DNA of 64,000 bases from an uncultured cyanobacterium (GCA_963703315.1 OY969811.1:3424001-3488000); one strand, 5' to 3'. Shown: positions 10,394 through 21,050, numbered from the stretch's first letter. Translations and numbers: made by a program. The notes: a model not told the origin generated them from the letters alone.

Positions 10394-11539
10394 ATGCAAA
10401 CATTACAGATAGGTACAAGCTGGTTTCCAGAAGAGGCAGGTGGTTTGGCGCGTGTTTATTATGGATGTGTAAACTATCTGCCAAAAGTTGGTGTTGAAGT
10501 AAATGGCTTAGTTACTGGTTCCGATCGCGTTATCCAAAGTTCAGGCGGCAAAGTGACAGCCTTTGCGATCGCCGATAGCTCAACATTGAGGCGATCGCTA
10601 GATCTTAGAAAGGCGGTTAAGCTAGCTTTAAGCAATTCTGATTATGATTTAGTTGCCACACATTTCGCACTCTATGCATTACCTGCACTAGATTTACTGG
10701 GTAGTCTGCCATTAGTGACACATTTTCATGGACCTTGGGCATTGGAGAGTAAAGCCGAAGGTGCGGGATCGTTATCGACTTGGGGAAAGTGGGCGATTGA
10801 GAAATTGGTTTATCAACGGTCAAATGGATTTATTGTGTTGTCGGAAGCATTTCGGCAAATTTTGCATCAGTATTACAATGTGCCGCTAGAAAAGATTTTT
10901 GTTGTGGGTGGGGGGATTGATACTGCCGCGTTTAATGTGGGGTTAACGATCGCCGAAGCTAGAGCCAAGCTGGGATGGCAGCAAGATCGACGGATCATTC
11001 TTTGTGTGCGTCGCTTAGTCCAGCGTATGGGGTTGGAGAATTTGATTGCGGCGATCGCTCTAGTCCGCAAAGAGCATCCCGATGTGTTGTTATTAATTGC
11101 AGGTAGAGGAGCGATCTCGGAATCATTGCGATCGCAAATTCAAGAGTTACAACTGGAAAATCACGTTCAACTATTGGGTTTTGTTGCCGATCAGGACTTG
11201 GCGATCGCCTATCGTGCTGCTGAGCTATCAATTGTACCAACTGTCTCCTTAGAAGGATTTGGACTGATTGTGATTGAGTCTTTGGCAGCAGGTACACCTG
11301 TTTTAGGCACGCCCATCGGTGGTATTCCTGAAATTTTACAGCCCTTAAATCCTGATCTGGTATTAGCAGGTACTCAGGTCGAGCAGTTAGCCCAAGGCAT
11401 GATCGAGGCTCTCTCAGGTGAGCGACAAATTCCTAGCGCTGAAGCTTGTCAAGACTATGTACGTCAACATTATGATTGGCAAGCGATCGCTGAACAAATG
11501 CGATCTGTGTATCAACAAGTCATCCAAAAAAGTGATTAA
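10394..11539 (+). CDS. Glycosyltransferase family 4
   Basis: RRLVQRMG, EGFGLIVIESLAAGTPV, GGIPE motifs. Confidence 0.93.
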   Translation: MQTLQIGTSWFPEEAGGLARVYYGCVNYLPKVGVEVNGLVTGSDRVIQSSGGKVTAFAIADSSTLRRSLDLRKAVKLALSNSDYDLVATHFALYALPALDLLGSLPLVTHFHGPWALESKAEGAGSLSTWGKWAIEKLVYQRSNGFIVLSEAFRQILHQYYNVPLEKIFVVGGGIDTAAFNVGLTIAEARAKLGWQQDRRIILCVRRLVQRMGLENLIAAIALVRKEHPDVLLLIAGRGAISESLRSQIQELQLENHVQLLGFVADQDLAIAYRAAELSIVPTVSLEGFGLIVIESLAAGTPVLGTPIGGIPEILQPLNPDLVLAGTQVEQLAQGMIEALSGERQIPSAEACQDYVRQHYDWQAIAEQMRSVYQQVIQKSD

Positions 11540-11576
11540 AAGCATTGCTTTGCAATGCTTTTAATCACTTTTTTGG
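11524..11576. terminator. 25-bp-stem hairpin between convergent GT4 and STAND genes
   Basis: ccaaaaaagtgattaaaagcattgc-ttt-gcaatgcttttaatcacttttttgg. Confidence 0.7.
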
Positions 11577-11599
11577 GAACGGTTTGCGCCGCCATTAGC

Positions 11600-14500
11600 C
11601 TAGTCTTCGATCGCTCCAAGAGCAATTAGCTTTGCTTTTTGAGCAGGAGTTAAACCCGATGCTTCTTTAATATTCAGTCCCTCATAGGGGCGGGGATCGC
11701 GATAGGTCATTATGCATTCTCCTGTGGCAATATCCCAAAGTTTGACAGTTTCATCACGACTACCACTTGCGATTAAATTGCCATGAGGAGCAAATGACAC
11801 TGCATAGACATTTCCAGTATGTCCAACTAGCGTATTGATAGCTTTACCAGTCTGCCAGTTCCAAATATTAATTTGGGTATCTTCACCTGCACTAGCTAGC
11901 AACATTCCTTTAGGGTCAGCCGCAACTGTTAAGACATTGCCCTCATGACCAATGGGTTCTTGGATTAGTTCACCACTTTTGAGATTCCATCGATAGATCA
12001 TTTTGTCACCACATCCAAAGGCAATATGGGGTTGCGATGGCATAAATGCAATATTAGAAGTAAGTGTAGGAAGTTGATCCATTGTTTGTAGACAACCTCC
12101 TGTTTGTGTATCCCAAATTTTTACAGTTTTATCGCGACTACTGCTGATGATATAGCGATCATCGGGACTAAAGGCGATCGCTAAAATTGCGGAACTATGA
12201 CCTTGCAAAACTTGGAAACAGTTGCCAGTGACGATATCTCTGAGTTTGATCACTTTACTCGTTTCACCCGTAGCCAGAAACTTACTATCATGACTAAATA
12301 CTAAGGTTCTCGCTAAATCAGGATGCTCGGTAATTGTAGCTAGGCAATTGCCACTACTGACATCCCATAGTTTGATCGTGCAGTCTTCGGCACAACTGGC
12401 GATGAGAGTCCCGCTAGGACTAAAGGCAACTTGCCAGACATGACCCGCATGACCATGCAAAGCCCGAATGCATTTACCTGACTTGATATCCCACAGACGA
12501 ATAATCGAGTCATCACCGCCACTCGCTAAGATGGTTTGCTCAAGGTTAAAAGCAACCGATCGCACCGCATTGGTATAGCCTTGCAAAATCCGAAATTGCT
12601 GTCCTGAAGTGACTTCCCACAGGTTTAGCAAATGTTCATTGGAGATATTACTGGTCGTTTGGCTCTCATTTTTGTCTGTCCACGATCGCCCCGTATGACC
12701 TTGAAACGTCCGCATACAAAAGCCTGTATCAATTTCCCAAAGCTTAACCATCTCATCACCACTACTACTAGCGAGAATCAAGCGTTCAGGGTGAAAAGCA
12801 ACGGAGCGAACCCAATGGTTATGTCCCGTTAAGGTTTTAAAGCATTGCGCTGTCTTCAGATCCCAAAGCCGAATCGTGCGATCGCCACTTCCCGTTGCCA
12901 ATGTCGAACCGTCGTGACTAAAACTGACAGCAAAAACAGTATGGGTATGCCCTGTAAAGGTTTTGATGCAAGCACCTGTTTCCGTATTCCATAGGCGTGT
13001 AGTTTTGTCTTCACTACCACTAGCTAACACATTGCCATTATGACTAAAGGCGATCGACCAGATGATATCTTCATGTCCTTGGAATACCCGCAGACATTCT
13101 CCAGTTTCAGTATCCCAAAGTCTCACCGAGCAGTCGTCACTACTGCTCGCCAGTAAGTTGCCCTTAGGGCTAAAAGCGACATCTTCAACAATATCTTCAT
13201 GTCCATACAATACTTTAATACATTGCCCCGATCGCCACAGTCTCACCGTGCGATCAGCATGACCACTAGCCAAAGTCGTACCATCGGGACTAAACCCTAC
13301 CGACATCACCGCACCGATATATCCTTGAAGAGTGCTGAGGCAATCCCCTGTCGATACATCCCATAACTTGATCGATTGATCGACACTACTGCTAGCTAAG
13401 ACAGTTCCTTCAGGATTGAAAGAGACGGAAACCACCCATCCCTTATGACCTCGATAAGTTAGCAAAGGCTTGCCATCACTGACTCGCCAAAGATGGATAT
13501 CGCCTTTAGTATCACCGATCGCTAATAACTTGCCATTAGCACTAAAGGCAACTGACAGGACACCACCAATTACTTCCGCAAATACCGATTTAATCAAAGC
13601 CGTTTGAGCAAAGTTTACTCGGTGTAATTTGACTTCGGGTAAATAAGCTTGACGGATCGCCAGATAGGAAAAGTCAGTACCTGTTAAGTCAATCCCCAGA
13701 TTGCATAACAAATTGATAATGTTCCCACCGCCATAGCCAAAGGTGGATTTAAGTTCCCCTTCAGGTCGCAGTTCTCTTCTGCGTAATTCGGCAACGGTTT
13801 GGAATAGTTCTTTCACCACCATTTGCTTACTACCCAAACGCCCTAACAGCTTTGTCACCAAAGGTTCGAGAATCAGGCGAATTTGACTTTGGCGAATATA
13901 GTCTTTAGCAGTGGCTTTAATCAGTGCATAATGCCGTAGATAGAAAAGTTGTCTATTGAGCTTAGATTGAATACCTGGTAAAACGCCGAGGGGATGCTCT
14001 TGAGTAATTTCTTGATAAATTTGATCGATTAATAGATTAGTCACAAACTCCATGACTACAGGCTGCTGGGTAAAACCTGCGGCAGTTTGTTCAACTAGCG
14101 ATCGCCGCTTTAGCGATCGTAGAGACATCATTAAATAGTTTTGTTCGATTGTTGGCACAATGTCCGAACGTAACTCACTAGGCTGGACTGGCTCACGATT
14201 AATTGCCAGCCACAACATAATTTGCTTTTCATAGGCAGTCAGTCTCTGGTATTGCTGCTCAATGAGATTGCCAATCCCACTAAAAATAATGGTCTTCTGT
14301 TCTAAAAACCGATCAATACTCCCTGAATAAAGATCCTTAATCGAAGTTGCCGCAATTTTCAGAGCCAAGGGATTACCGCGATACCAGTCCACTAAACGAT
14401 GCAAATCGGTTGCCATCGCTTTGATCCCCTTGGCTTCAAGGACTCGCTCTGCCGCCGATTCATCTAGCCCCGTTAATTGCAACGCTCTGACGGGCAGAAT

Positions 14501-15328
14501 ATCGCCCTCTAGGGTTGCCACTTCCTCAGGCATTTCACGACTGGTAATAATCACACAACTGCGATGGACAACTTCACCCGCCCTTCTTAATAGAGAGCCA
14601 TAACCTTCATAATCCTTGCGGTATGCTCCCGCTTGAGCTTCATCTTTGAGGACTGACTCAAAATTGTCTAACACTAATAAACAGCGATAGCGCTGCAAAT
14701 ATTCCATCAGGCGGGAAATGAGGGCATTGGTATCGGTGGTATCAGGGGTTTCACGCTGGTGAGAGAGAAAATGGATCACCGCCGTTAACATCTCACTTGG
14801 CGTTTTGGCATTATTTAGCGATCGCCACACCACAAAGTCAAATTTTTCTTGCAACTGCTGAGCTAGTTTCACGGATAGCGCTGTTTTACCCAAACCACCC
14901 ATACCCAAAAGGGCGATCAACCGACAGCGATCGCGGTCAACCCATTGCTCTAGAGTATTTAGCTCTGCTTCCCGTCCATAGAAAAAAGAGACATCAATAA
15001 CCTCACCCCAATCTTGGTGACCATTTGGTACAGGATTTAAATCAGGGATTGTCGCAGCAGTAGCATCTACTTTTTGACTTTGCAGCTTGCGACGGATTAT
15101 GCTCTGCACTGTACTTTTAGTGACTTTTTCACCAAAAGTTTCTGTCAATAAGTGCCAAAGCTTATGGCTAACTAATTTAATGTAACCTGCATCATAGCCA
15201 GTCTGCTTCGCGATCTCAGAGTAAGACTGCCCTTGCCATACACCAAGAAAGACAGACTGCTCAACTCGAGTCAGACTGCGCTGTGCTAAAGACAACTCTA
15301 TAAATGCTACCGCTTCATCAGCCGTCAT
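11600..15328 (-). CDS. STAND protein: N-terminal HTH, NB-ARC NTPase, C-terminal WD40 repeats
   Basis: WQGQSYSEIAKQTGYDAGYIK HTH-like segment, Walker A GMGGLGKT, Walker B LLVLDNFE, GNPLAL, many GH...WD repeats, terminal RPYEGLNI...LGA. Confidence 0.92.
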   Translation of the reverse strand: MTADEAVAFIELSLAQRSLTRVEQSVFLGVWQGQSYSEIAKQTGYDAGYIKLVSHKLWHLLTETFGEKVTKSTVQSIIRRKLQSQKVDATAATIPDLNPVPNGHQDWGEVIDVSFFYGREAELNTLEQWVDRDRCRLIALLGMGGLGKTALSVKLAQQLQEKFDFVVWRSLNNAKTPSEMLTAVIHFLSHQRETPDTTDTNALISRLMEYLQRYRCLLVLDNFESVLKDEAQAGAYRKDYEGYGSLLRRAGEVVHRSCVIITSREMPEEVATLEGDILPVRALQLTGLDESAAERVLEAKGIKAMATDLHRLVDWYRGNPLALKIAATSIKDLYSGSIDRFLEQKTIIFSGIGNLIEQQYQRLTAYEKQIMLWLAINREPVQPSELRSDIVPTIEQNYLMMSLRSLKRRSLVEQTAAGFTQQPVVMEFVTNLLIDQIYQEITQEHPLGVLPGIQSKLNRQLFYLRHYALIKATAKDYIRQSQIRLILEPLVTKLLGRLGSKQMVVKELFQTVAELRRRELRPEGELKSTFGYGGGNIINLLCNLGIDLTGTDFSYLAIRQAYLPEVKLHRVNFAQTALIKSVFAEVIGGVLSVAFSANGKLLAIGDTKGDIHLWRVSDGKPLLTYRGHKGWVVSVSFNPEGTVLASSSVDQSIKLWDVSTGDCLSTLQGYIGAVMSVGFSPDGTTLASGHADRTVRLWRSGQCIKVLYGHEDIVEDVAFSPKGNLLASSSDDCSVRLWDTETGECLRVFQGHEDIIWSIAFSHNGNVLASGSEDKTTRLWNTETGACIKTFTGHTHTVFAVSFSHDGSTLATGSGDRTIRLWDLKTAQCFKTLTGHNHWVRSVAFHPERLILASSSGDEMVKLWEIDTGFCMRTFQGHTGRSWTDKNESQTTSNISNEHLLNLWEVTSGQQFRILQGYTNAVRSVAFNLEQTILASGGDDSIIRLWDIKSGKCIRALHGHAGHVWQVAFSPSGTLIASCAEDCTIKLWDVSSGNCLATITEHPDLARTLVFSHDSKFLATGETSKVIKLRDIVTGNCFQVLQGHSSAILAIAFSPDDRYIISSSRDKTVKIWDTQTGGCLQTMDQLPTLTSNIAFMPSQPHIAFGCGDKMIYRWNLKSGELIQEPIGHEGNVLTVAADPKGMLLASAGEDTQINIWNWQTGKAINTLVGHTGNVYAVSFAPHGNLIASGSRDETVKLWDIATGECIMTYRDPRPYEGLNIKEASGLTPAQKAKLIALGAIED

Positions 15329-15347
15329 AGATGCGCCTTAAATATAC

Positions 15348-15367
15348 CAATATAACTTTTATATAAC
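15348..15367 (+). promoter_or_regulatory. 20-nt direct-repeat site identical to 18247-18266
   Basis: caatataacttttatataac occurs exactly at both positions. Confidence 0.6.
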
Positions 15368-15614
15368 CTCGCTCTTGTCATTCTATGACGTTTTATGGTT
15401 TGTGGTATTTTGTTGCAAATATTGTTTTTTGTGGTTAGCAACCCTAGATAGCCCAATTACACCCAAATAGTCTCTGCATCTATAGTTATTGGAGGTTTGT
15501 GTGAGTGATTTCTAACTAAGTATGCTTAAGCCTTAAAAGTTGTGGCAACAGGCTGTGTGATCGCCACAGCTTTGAGATCTGGTCATCGTGACGAGGTAAT
15601 TAGTTTAGTAATTA

Positions 15615-15650
15615 CATTCATAGTGCCATTCATAGTGCCATTCATAGTGC
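15615..15650 (+). repeat. Perfect tandem repeat (CATTCATAGTGC)x3
   Basis: Three exact 12-bp units. Confidence 0.9.
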
Positions 15651-15895
15651 TAAAGCAAAGGCACTTACAAGTATTGCTATACCACACTTGTTCAATGATT
15701 GCTATATACTCTCCCAATGCATAGTTATCATAAAGGCAAGAATTGCTATACAGGATAAAATTTTCATGTTCTCTAAGTAACTGGGCGCAATTAAATATAA
15801 AACTCCAAAATCTGTGGCGCGACTACCCACAAGAAATCTAGTTATCAAATCGCAGAAACTTTTAGTATTTCTAAAGACCAACAAAGTATAAAACT

Positions 15896-18085
15896 ATGAA
15901 TGTCAATACTGCTAAATTACCTAGCTCAGCGATCGCTGAACAAGATCCAGGATATGGGAAAATTTTTGCAGTTCTACTTCGTAGGCGGTTTTGGTTTTTA
16001 GGAGGCTTAGGGCTAGGACTAGTAATTGCCATTTTTATGAACATTTACGCCAAACCCAAATACACAAGTATTATGCGACTATTGGTCGAGTCAACTTATA
16101 AGTCTCGCTCCACCTCCTTTATTGACTCCAATGTGCAAATTGACTACGCAACGCAACTTAACTTGCTGCAAAGTTCATCAATGTTTCAAAAAGCAGCGAA
16201 TTTACTAGCTACTGAGTATCCAGGTATTACTGGCTCTGAGCTGCAATCATTAAAAATTGGAATGTTAGGAGGTAAAGAGGCTCCAACTAAAATTGTTGAA
16301 GTGCAATATACTGCCTTAGATCCTGTCAAAACCCGACAAGTTTTAAGAGCTTTTCAAAAAGTATATACAGACTATAATCGAGAGCAACAAGAAAAGCGCT
16401 TGCAAACGGGTTTAGCAGGTATTGATGAGCAAGTTACGAATGTTCGCAAAAGCATTGCCGAAGCCACTGAGGCCATTGAGGTCTTTCGGCGAAAAAACAA
16501 CTTATTTGATGCGAATCAACGGGTTACAGAAGTTACTTCGGCTCTAAATGGAATCGAACAACAAAAACGTGCCGCCAAATTAGAATATGAGCAAGCAACT
16601 ACGAAGTTAAACTCCTTACAGGAAAAACTAAATCTATCTTCACAAGATGCTGTATTAATAACTCGATTAAATCAGTCTCAACGCTATCAAACTCTCATTT
16701 CAGAAATGCAAGGAATTGAAGTTGCCCTAAATCGTGAAAAGTCGAGATTTCAGTCTAATAGCCCTGTTGTTGATGCTCTAGAACTACGATTTAAACAGCA
16801 ACAAGCTAGTCTTGAAGAAGAAAGAAGAAGTATTCTCGGAGATGCAAAATTAGCGAGTTATCCTAAATGGAATGGGGATCAACTGAGCGGTATTGACTTG
16901 AGTTTGGCAAATCAAATTGTTGAGACCCAAAGTCAACTTACTCTGTTACAGTCACGTCTTGAATCTTTATCATCTCAAGAAGCATCTCTGCGTAACGAGA
17001 TTAATCGCTTGCCCAAGTTACTTGGTGAATATGAAACGTTAAAACCAAAACTCCAAATTCAACAGGAGACTTTGCAAACACTACTCAAAAATCGCCAAGA
17101 GTTGAGTTTAGAGATTGCACGTGGTGGTTTTGATTGGCAGGTAGTTGAGGAACCTAGTCTTGGTTCGAGCGATGCTTCTGAGAGTCTACGCAGAAATTTA
17201 TTGTTGGGTGTAGTTGCTGGTTTATTTATTGGGGGATCAGCCGCCTTTATTCGAGATATGCAGGATGACACGATGCATACCTATGATGAGTTAGAGCAGC
17301 AAATTTCTTCCATATCTTTATTAGGTATGACTCCTCAATATTTACAAACTGAAGAGTCTGGATCTAATTTTTTACCACAGTTTCTCAAGGGGCAGTCAGT
17401 TTCACCACTTACGCTGGAGATCATTCAATGGTTACCTTTCCGTGAGTCGTTAGATCTGATTTATAAAAATATTCAGCTCAATACCTATGCCCAAGAAACC
17501 GAACTGCGATCGCTGGTGATCACCTCAGCAATACCTAGTGAGGGCAAATCAACGATCGCCCTCGGACTCGCCACTAGTGCCGCAAGGCTGCACAAACGGG
17601 TGCTACTAATTGATGGTGATATGCGATCGCCATCTTTACATAAGCAGCTTAACCTTCCTAATGAAAGAGGTTTGTCAACATTACTAGCGAGCAAAGGTAG
17701 CGTGGATAGCCGCGATGTGATCCAGTCATCTAACTCAGCGATCGATATCCTGACCGCAGGACCAATTCCTAGTGATTCCGTAACCTTACTTAGTTCAGAA
17801 TGGATGCAAAAGTTAATTGCTAGTTTTGAGCAGGATTATGATCTGGTGATTATTGACTCGCCACCGATTTTGGGGACAGTTGATACCATTCAAATTGCTT
17901 CTTGTAGTGGTGGTGTCGTTGCTGTTGCGAGGATTGATCGCATTACTCGTGGTGACTTTTCGCAAGCAATTTCTGTTCTCCAAAAGCTAAATTTGATTGG
18001 GGTAATTGCTAACGCCGCGAAAGATCTACCCCACAGTTATAAATCAGTTACCACCAACGATGATGACGATGAAGAAGAGGAATAA
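15896..18085 (+). CDS. wzc: GumC/Wzc-family polysaccharide co-polymerase / BY-kinase
   Basis: Two transmembrane segments flanking a coiled coil, Walker A AIPSEGKS, VLLIDGDMRSP, VIIDSPP. Confidence 0.88.
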   Translation: MNVNTAKLPSSAIAEQDPGYGKIFAVLLRRRFWFLGGLGLGLVIAIFMNIYAKPKYTSIMRLLVESTYKSRSTSFIDSNVQIDYATQLNLLQSSSMFQKAANLLATEYPGITGSELQSLKIGMLGGKEAPTKIVEVQYTALDPVKTRQVLRAFQKVYTDYNREQQEKRLQTGLAGIDEQVTNVRKSIAEATEAIEVFRRKNNLFDANQRVTEVTSALNGIEQQKRAAKLEYEQATTKLNSLQEKLNLSSQDAVLITRLNQSQRYQTLISEMQGIEVALNREKSRFQSNSPVVDALELRFKQQQASLEEERRSILGDAKLASYPKWNGDQLSGIDLSLANQIVETQSQLTLLQSRLESLSSQEASLRNEINRLPKLLGEYETLKPKLQIQQETLQTLLKNRQELSLEIARGGFDWQVVEEPSLGSSDASESLRRNLLLGVVAGLFIGGSAAFIRDMQDDTMHTYDELEQQISSISLLGMTPQYLQTEESGSNFLPQFLKGQSVSPLTLEIIQWLPFRESLDLIYKNIQLNTYAQETELRSLVITSAIPSEGKSTIALGLATSAARLHKRVLLIDGDMRSPSLHKQLNLPNERGLSTLLASKGSVDSRDVIQSSNSAIDILTAGPIPSDSVTLLSSEWMQKLIASFEQDYDLVIIDSPPILGTVDTIQIASCSGGVVAVARIDRITRGDFSQAISVLQKLNLIGVIANAAKDLPHSYKSVTTNDDDDEEEE

Positions 18086-18135
18086 TCCCCAATCCGAATA
18101 ATTTGTACAGCGAAGCCACACAAATTATTTGGATG

Positions 18136-18190
18136 AAAACCCTAAAAGCTGTGGCGCACGCTCCGCGTGCGCCACAGCTTTTAGGGTTTT
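18136..18190. repeat. Family-A core hairpin
   Basis: aaaaccctaaaagctgtggcgcacgc-tcc-gcgtgcgccacagcttttagggtttt perfect stem. Confidence 0.8.
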
Positions 18191-18246
18191 CATTTTGTCC
18201 TCACTTGGCTAGAAATATTCCTAAATTTTCAGCAAAATATCTTTAG

Positions 18247-18292
18247 CAATATAACTTTTATATAACTTTTAGTATGACCTTTTAGTAACTTA
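18247..18292 (+). promoter_or_regulatory. Tandem TAAC/TGAC direct-repeat motif (4 copies, 11-12 bp spacing)
   Basis: Cores at 18252, 18263, 18275 and 18286, upstream of the sugar transferase. Confidence 0.6.
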
Positions 18293-18579
18293 TAGTGGTT
18301 GCTATATCTATGGAATTAATGGATAAGTATAGATAGAAATATACGATATCTATCTTGCAAGTTATTGAAATATAGATACAGATATTCGCACTGAACGAAC
18401 ACGGAATACTGATTCACTCAACCCTATTTGGTGAATTCCTGTTTAGTGAAAGTGTATTTGTTTTTAGGGTTCCTCTAACATTCCTACTAACTTATTGGGA
18501 CTCTTAAATTCATATCAATACCGAATTTTTTAATTTACTTCGTTACAAGCAAGCTAAATAGAAGCTGGCACAGAGAGAC

Positions 18580-19533
18580 ATGAAATTGATTGTGAGGGAA
18601 AGTATGACTAGTTTTACTGCAAATAGTCCAGAAGCTATTGAGCTTACAGGTGAATCTCAAAGAAGTTCTTTGGCATCTGAATTAATGCTCAAACTAAAGC
18701 AAGGTCAAACTTTCGTAGATTCTTTTTTCCGTAGCCATCTCAACATATTTAGGTTTCTTGCAACGGATAGTTCTTATTTCGGTAGCCTTGTTCATAAGCC
18801 TAACTTCAAATTGATGCGCGTTGAGCCTGAGATTGGTGAAGCTGAACTTAAGCATTTGGCTGATGTCTGCCACAGATCTGACAAAGCTGTATTTCTCAAT
18901 TTGCCTCAAGCTCATGAACTACCACAGCAACACAAGGCGATCGCTTGGTCAGTAAAACGTGCTTTGGATTGGTTAGCGGCTTTCGTGATTCTGACAGTCC
19001 TTAGCCCAGTCATGCTTTGCTTAGCGGTGATCATCTCTAGCACATCAAGTGGTTCCATTTTCTTCCATCAATGGCGTGTTGGGGAGGGTGGCAAGCTATT
19101 TCGGATTATTAAGTTTCGCACCATGATCACCGATGCTGACAAACTACACCATCTCGTCATGAGTGGTCAAACAGGTCTGCATAAGTGTGAGGATGATCCC
19201 CGCATTACACCCGTCGGACGATGGATGCGTAAATATAGCCTTGATGAACTGCCTCAACTATTTAATGTGTTGCGTGGTGAAATGAGTCTTGTCGGTCCTC
19301 GTCCTTGGGCTTTGTATGACGCTTTACGCATTAATGGCAATGGTAAAAGAAGATTAAATTCATTACCAGGAGTGACAGGAGCTTGGCAAGTAAGTCTGAG
19401 ATCGACCATGCTTGATCTAGATGCAGTTACAGAGTGCGATTTAAATTACCTGCGTAATTGGACTTTATGGTCAGACTTGAAAATTCTATTAATGACCGTT
19501 CCTAAAGTTTTGTCTGGATTTGGAGCTTGCTAA
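18580..19533 (+). CDS. Priming sugar transferase (HepC-like phosphoglycosyl transferase)
   Basis: KRALDW, FRIIKFRTM, DDPRIT, SLDELPQLFNVLRGEMSLVGPRP; N-terminal extension typical of cyanobacterial HepC-like proteins. Confidence 0.9.
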   Translation: MKLIVRESMTSFTANSPEAIELTGESQRSSLASELMLKLKQGQTFVDSFFRSHLNIFRFLATDSSYFGSLVHKPNFKLMRVEPEIGEAELKHLADVCHRSDKAVFLNLPQAHELPQQHKAIAWSVKRALDWLAAFVILTVLSPVMLCLAVIISSTSSGSIFFHQWRVGEGGKLFRIIKFRTMITDADKLHHLVMSGQTGLHKCEDDPRITPVGRWMRKYSLDELPQLFNVLRGEMSLVGPRPWALYDALRINGNGKRRLNSLPGVTGAWQVSLRSTMLDLDAVTECDLNYLRNWTLWSDLKILLMTVPKVLSGFGAC

Positions 19534-19759
19534 ATTTTCCCAAGGTTTGTAGGTAGATGAGCAGATATTTACTATCTTTTCAGAGCTGATTTGGAAGTAA
19601 TGCTTGAATTAAATTAATCACTTTATTTCACAAAAATATCTGTCTGTCATATATCAAAAAGTTTGCCCATGTATTTACGTGGGCTTTTCTGTATTTACTA
19701 GTAGCAATGCAAGTTTTGCTATATGGGTTATAGTGGCGGCGCAAAGCGCCGCCACTATA

Positions 19760-20050
19760 TTAACGGTTATGCAATCGTGGATGCATAATCGATGGAATTT
19801 TTGCATTTCCGAGTAAATGTTTTTCAATAATTGTCTGAGCTTTTTTCGGTGTGATATGCCAGTAATAAACTTCGTCAGGCAAAACAACCACAATTGGACC
19901 AGAGCCGCATAGTCCTAGACAGCCACAAGCTTCTACCGTTACATTATCAATTTCCTGTTGTTGGAAAGTTGCCAACACTTCAACCGCACCATCTTTAGCG
20001 CAGGTGCGATGTTGACATACAAGAACTTTACGCACAGGAACATCATCCAC
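19760..20050 (-). CDS. Thioredoxin-like (2Fe-2S) ferredoxin
   Basis: VLVCQHRTC...GCLGLCGSGP motif. Confidence 0.85.
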   Translation of the reverse strand: MDDVPVRKVLVCQHRTCAKDGAVEVLATFQQQEIDNVTVEACGCLGLCGSGPIVVVLPDEVYYWHITPKKAQTIIEKHLLGNAKIPSIMHPRLHNR

Positions 20051-20095
20051 AATCGCGATCGCTATTTTGACTAGAGTTTTTTAAATTTTTAAATT

Positions 20096-20186
20096 TAGGA
20101 CTTACGCAAAAAACTTGAAACCCATATTTTACTGTAGGGGCAATTCATGAATTGCCCCTACAGTTCGTCCTTTTGCGTAAGTCCTA
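20096..20186. repeat. Family-C MITE/REP-like element
   Basis: Terminal IR taggacttacgcaaaa / ttttgcgtaagtccta; internal perfect palindrome actgtaggggcaattcatgaattgcccctacagt (20131-20164). Confidence 0.85.
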
Positions 20187-20245
20187 AAATTGTCTCAAAC
20201 AAATCGGAACCTCAAAAAACTAACAAAAATTTAGAGTAGAAAATC

Positions 20246-20698
20246 TTAGCGTACGACTAAAACAGGTGAAACGCAGTGGTGTACAACATAATCACTGACA
20301 CTGCCTAACATCAACCGTTCAAGGGAGCCGAGTCCCCGTGATCCCAAGATTACTAAGTCAGGATTTTCCTCTTTTGCCACATAACAAATTACATCACGAG
20401 GTTGACCTGTCTCTAATCGGGTACGACTCTCTAGTTTGGCAGCTTGAGCAGTGTCTTGAGCTTTTTGGAGTAGCGCTTGTCCTGCACTCAAGATTTTGCG
20501 CTCTAGTTCGACATCGGGCAAGCCACGCCAGCCAACCCAATCGCCTGTGGGTAGCATCACTTCAGGAACATAGCTACTGAGTGGCTCAACCACAGTCAGC
20601 AAGACAATTTCAGCCTTGAGAGGCTCTGCAAAAACTAACGCTTTAGCCAGAGCGTGTTCGCTAGCTTGAGAGCCATCAATGGGAACTAAGAATTTCAT
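20246..20698 (-). CDS. Universal stress protein
   Basis: LVPIDGS...ILGSRG...LGSVSDYVVHH.PVLVVR. Confidence 0.95.
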   Translation of the reverse strand: MKFLVPIDGSQASEHALAKALVFAEPLKAEIVLLTVVEPLSSYVPEVMLPTGDWVGWRGLPDVELERKILSAGQALLQKAQDTAQAAKLESRTRLETGQPRDVICYVAKEENPDLVILGSRGLGSLERLMLGSVSDYVVHHCVSPVLVVR

Positions 20699-21050
20699 AT
20701 ATTTATTCAGGTATAGAGCTTATATTGTCTGTAATGCATTTTGCAATGCATCCGTAATGCTTGGCAAATGTGTAATATCAAAGGGTAACTAACTTAGGCT
20801 ACCTACAAGACATCTGTAAAACATATATAGCGATCGCATGACCCATTTAACTTCTGAAATAAATTTACTGGAAAATTTTGAAGATATGGTTAATTAAATG
20901 CGTTTTTTTACAATTGACGGCGTTTATCCTTAATAAACCAAAGAAAATGAGAATTTGCAAATCCCTATATAACTAATTACAGACCCAAATATACTGAAGT
21001 TGATAAACAAGTTGTAAATCTTTGCTGTAGTTCATCTCTTGTAATATTCC

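Noticed and set aside
12620..12700. Irregular WD40 repeat (GHTGRSWTDKNESQTT) suggesting a frameshift or pseudogene
   Set aside because: The frame stays open, and a degenerate blade mid-array is common in these proteins
18580..19533. HepC-like gene as evidence of heterocyst formation
   Set aside because: Such priming transferases also occur in EPS clusters of non-heterocystous cyanobacteria; no other het/nif genes here
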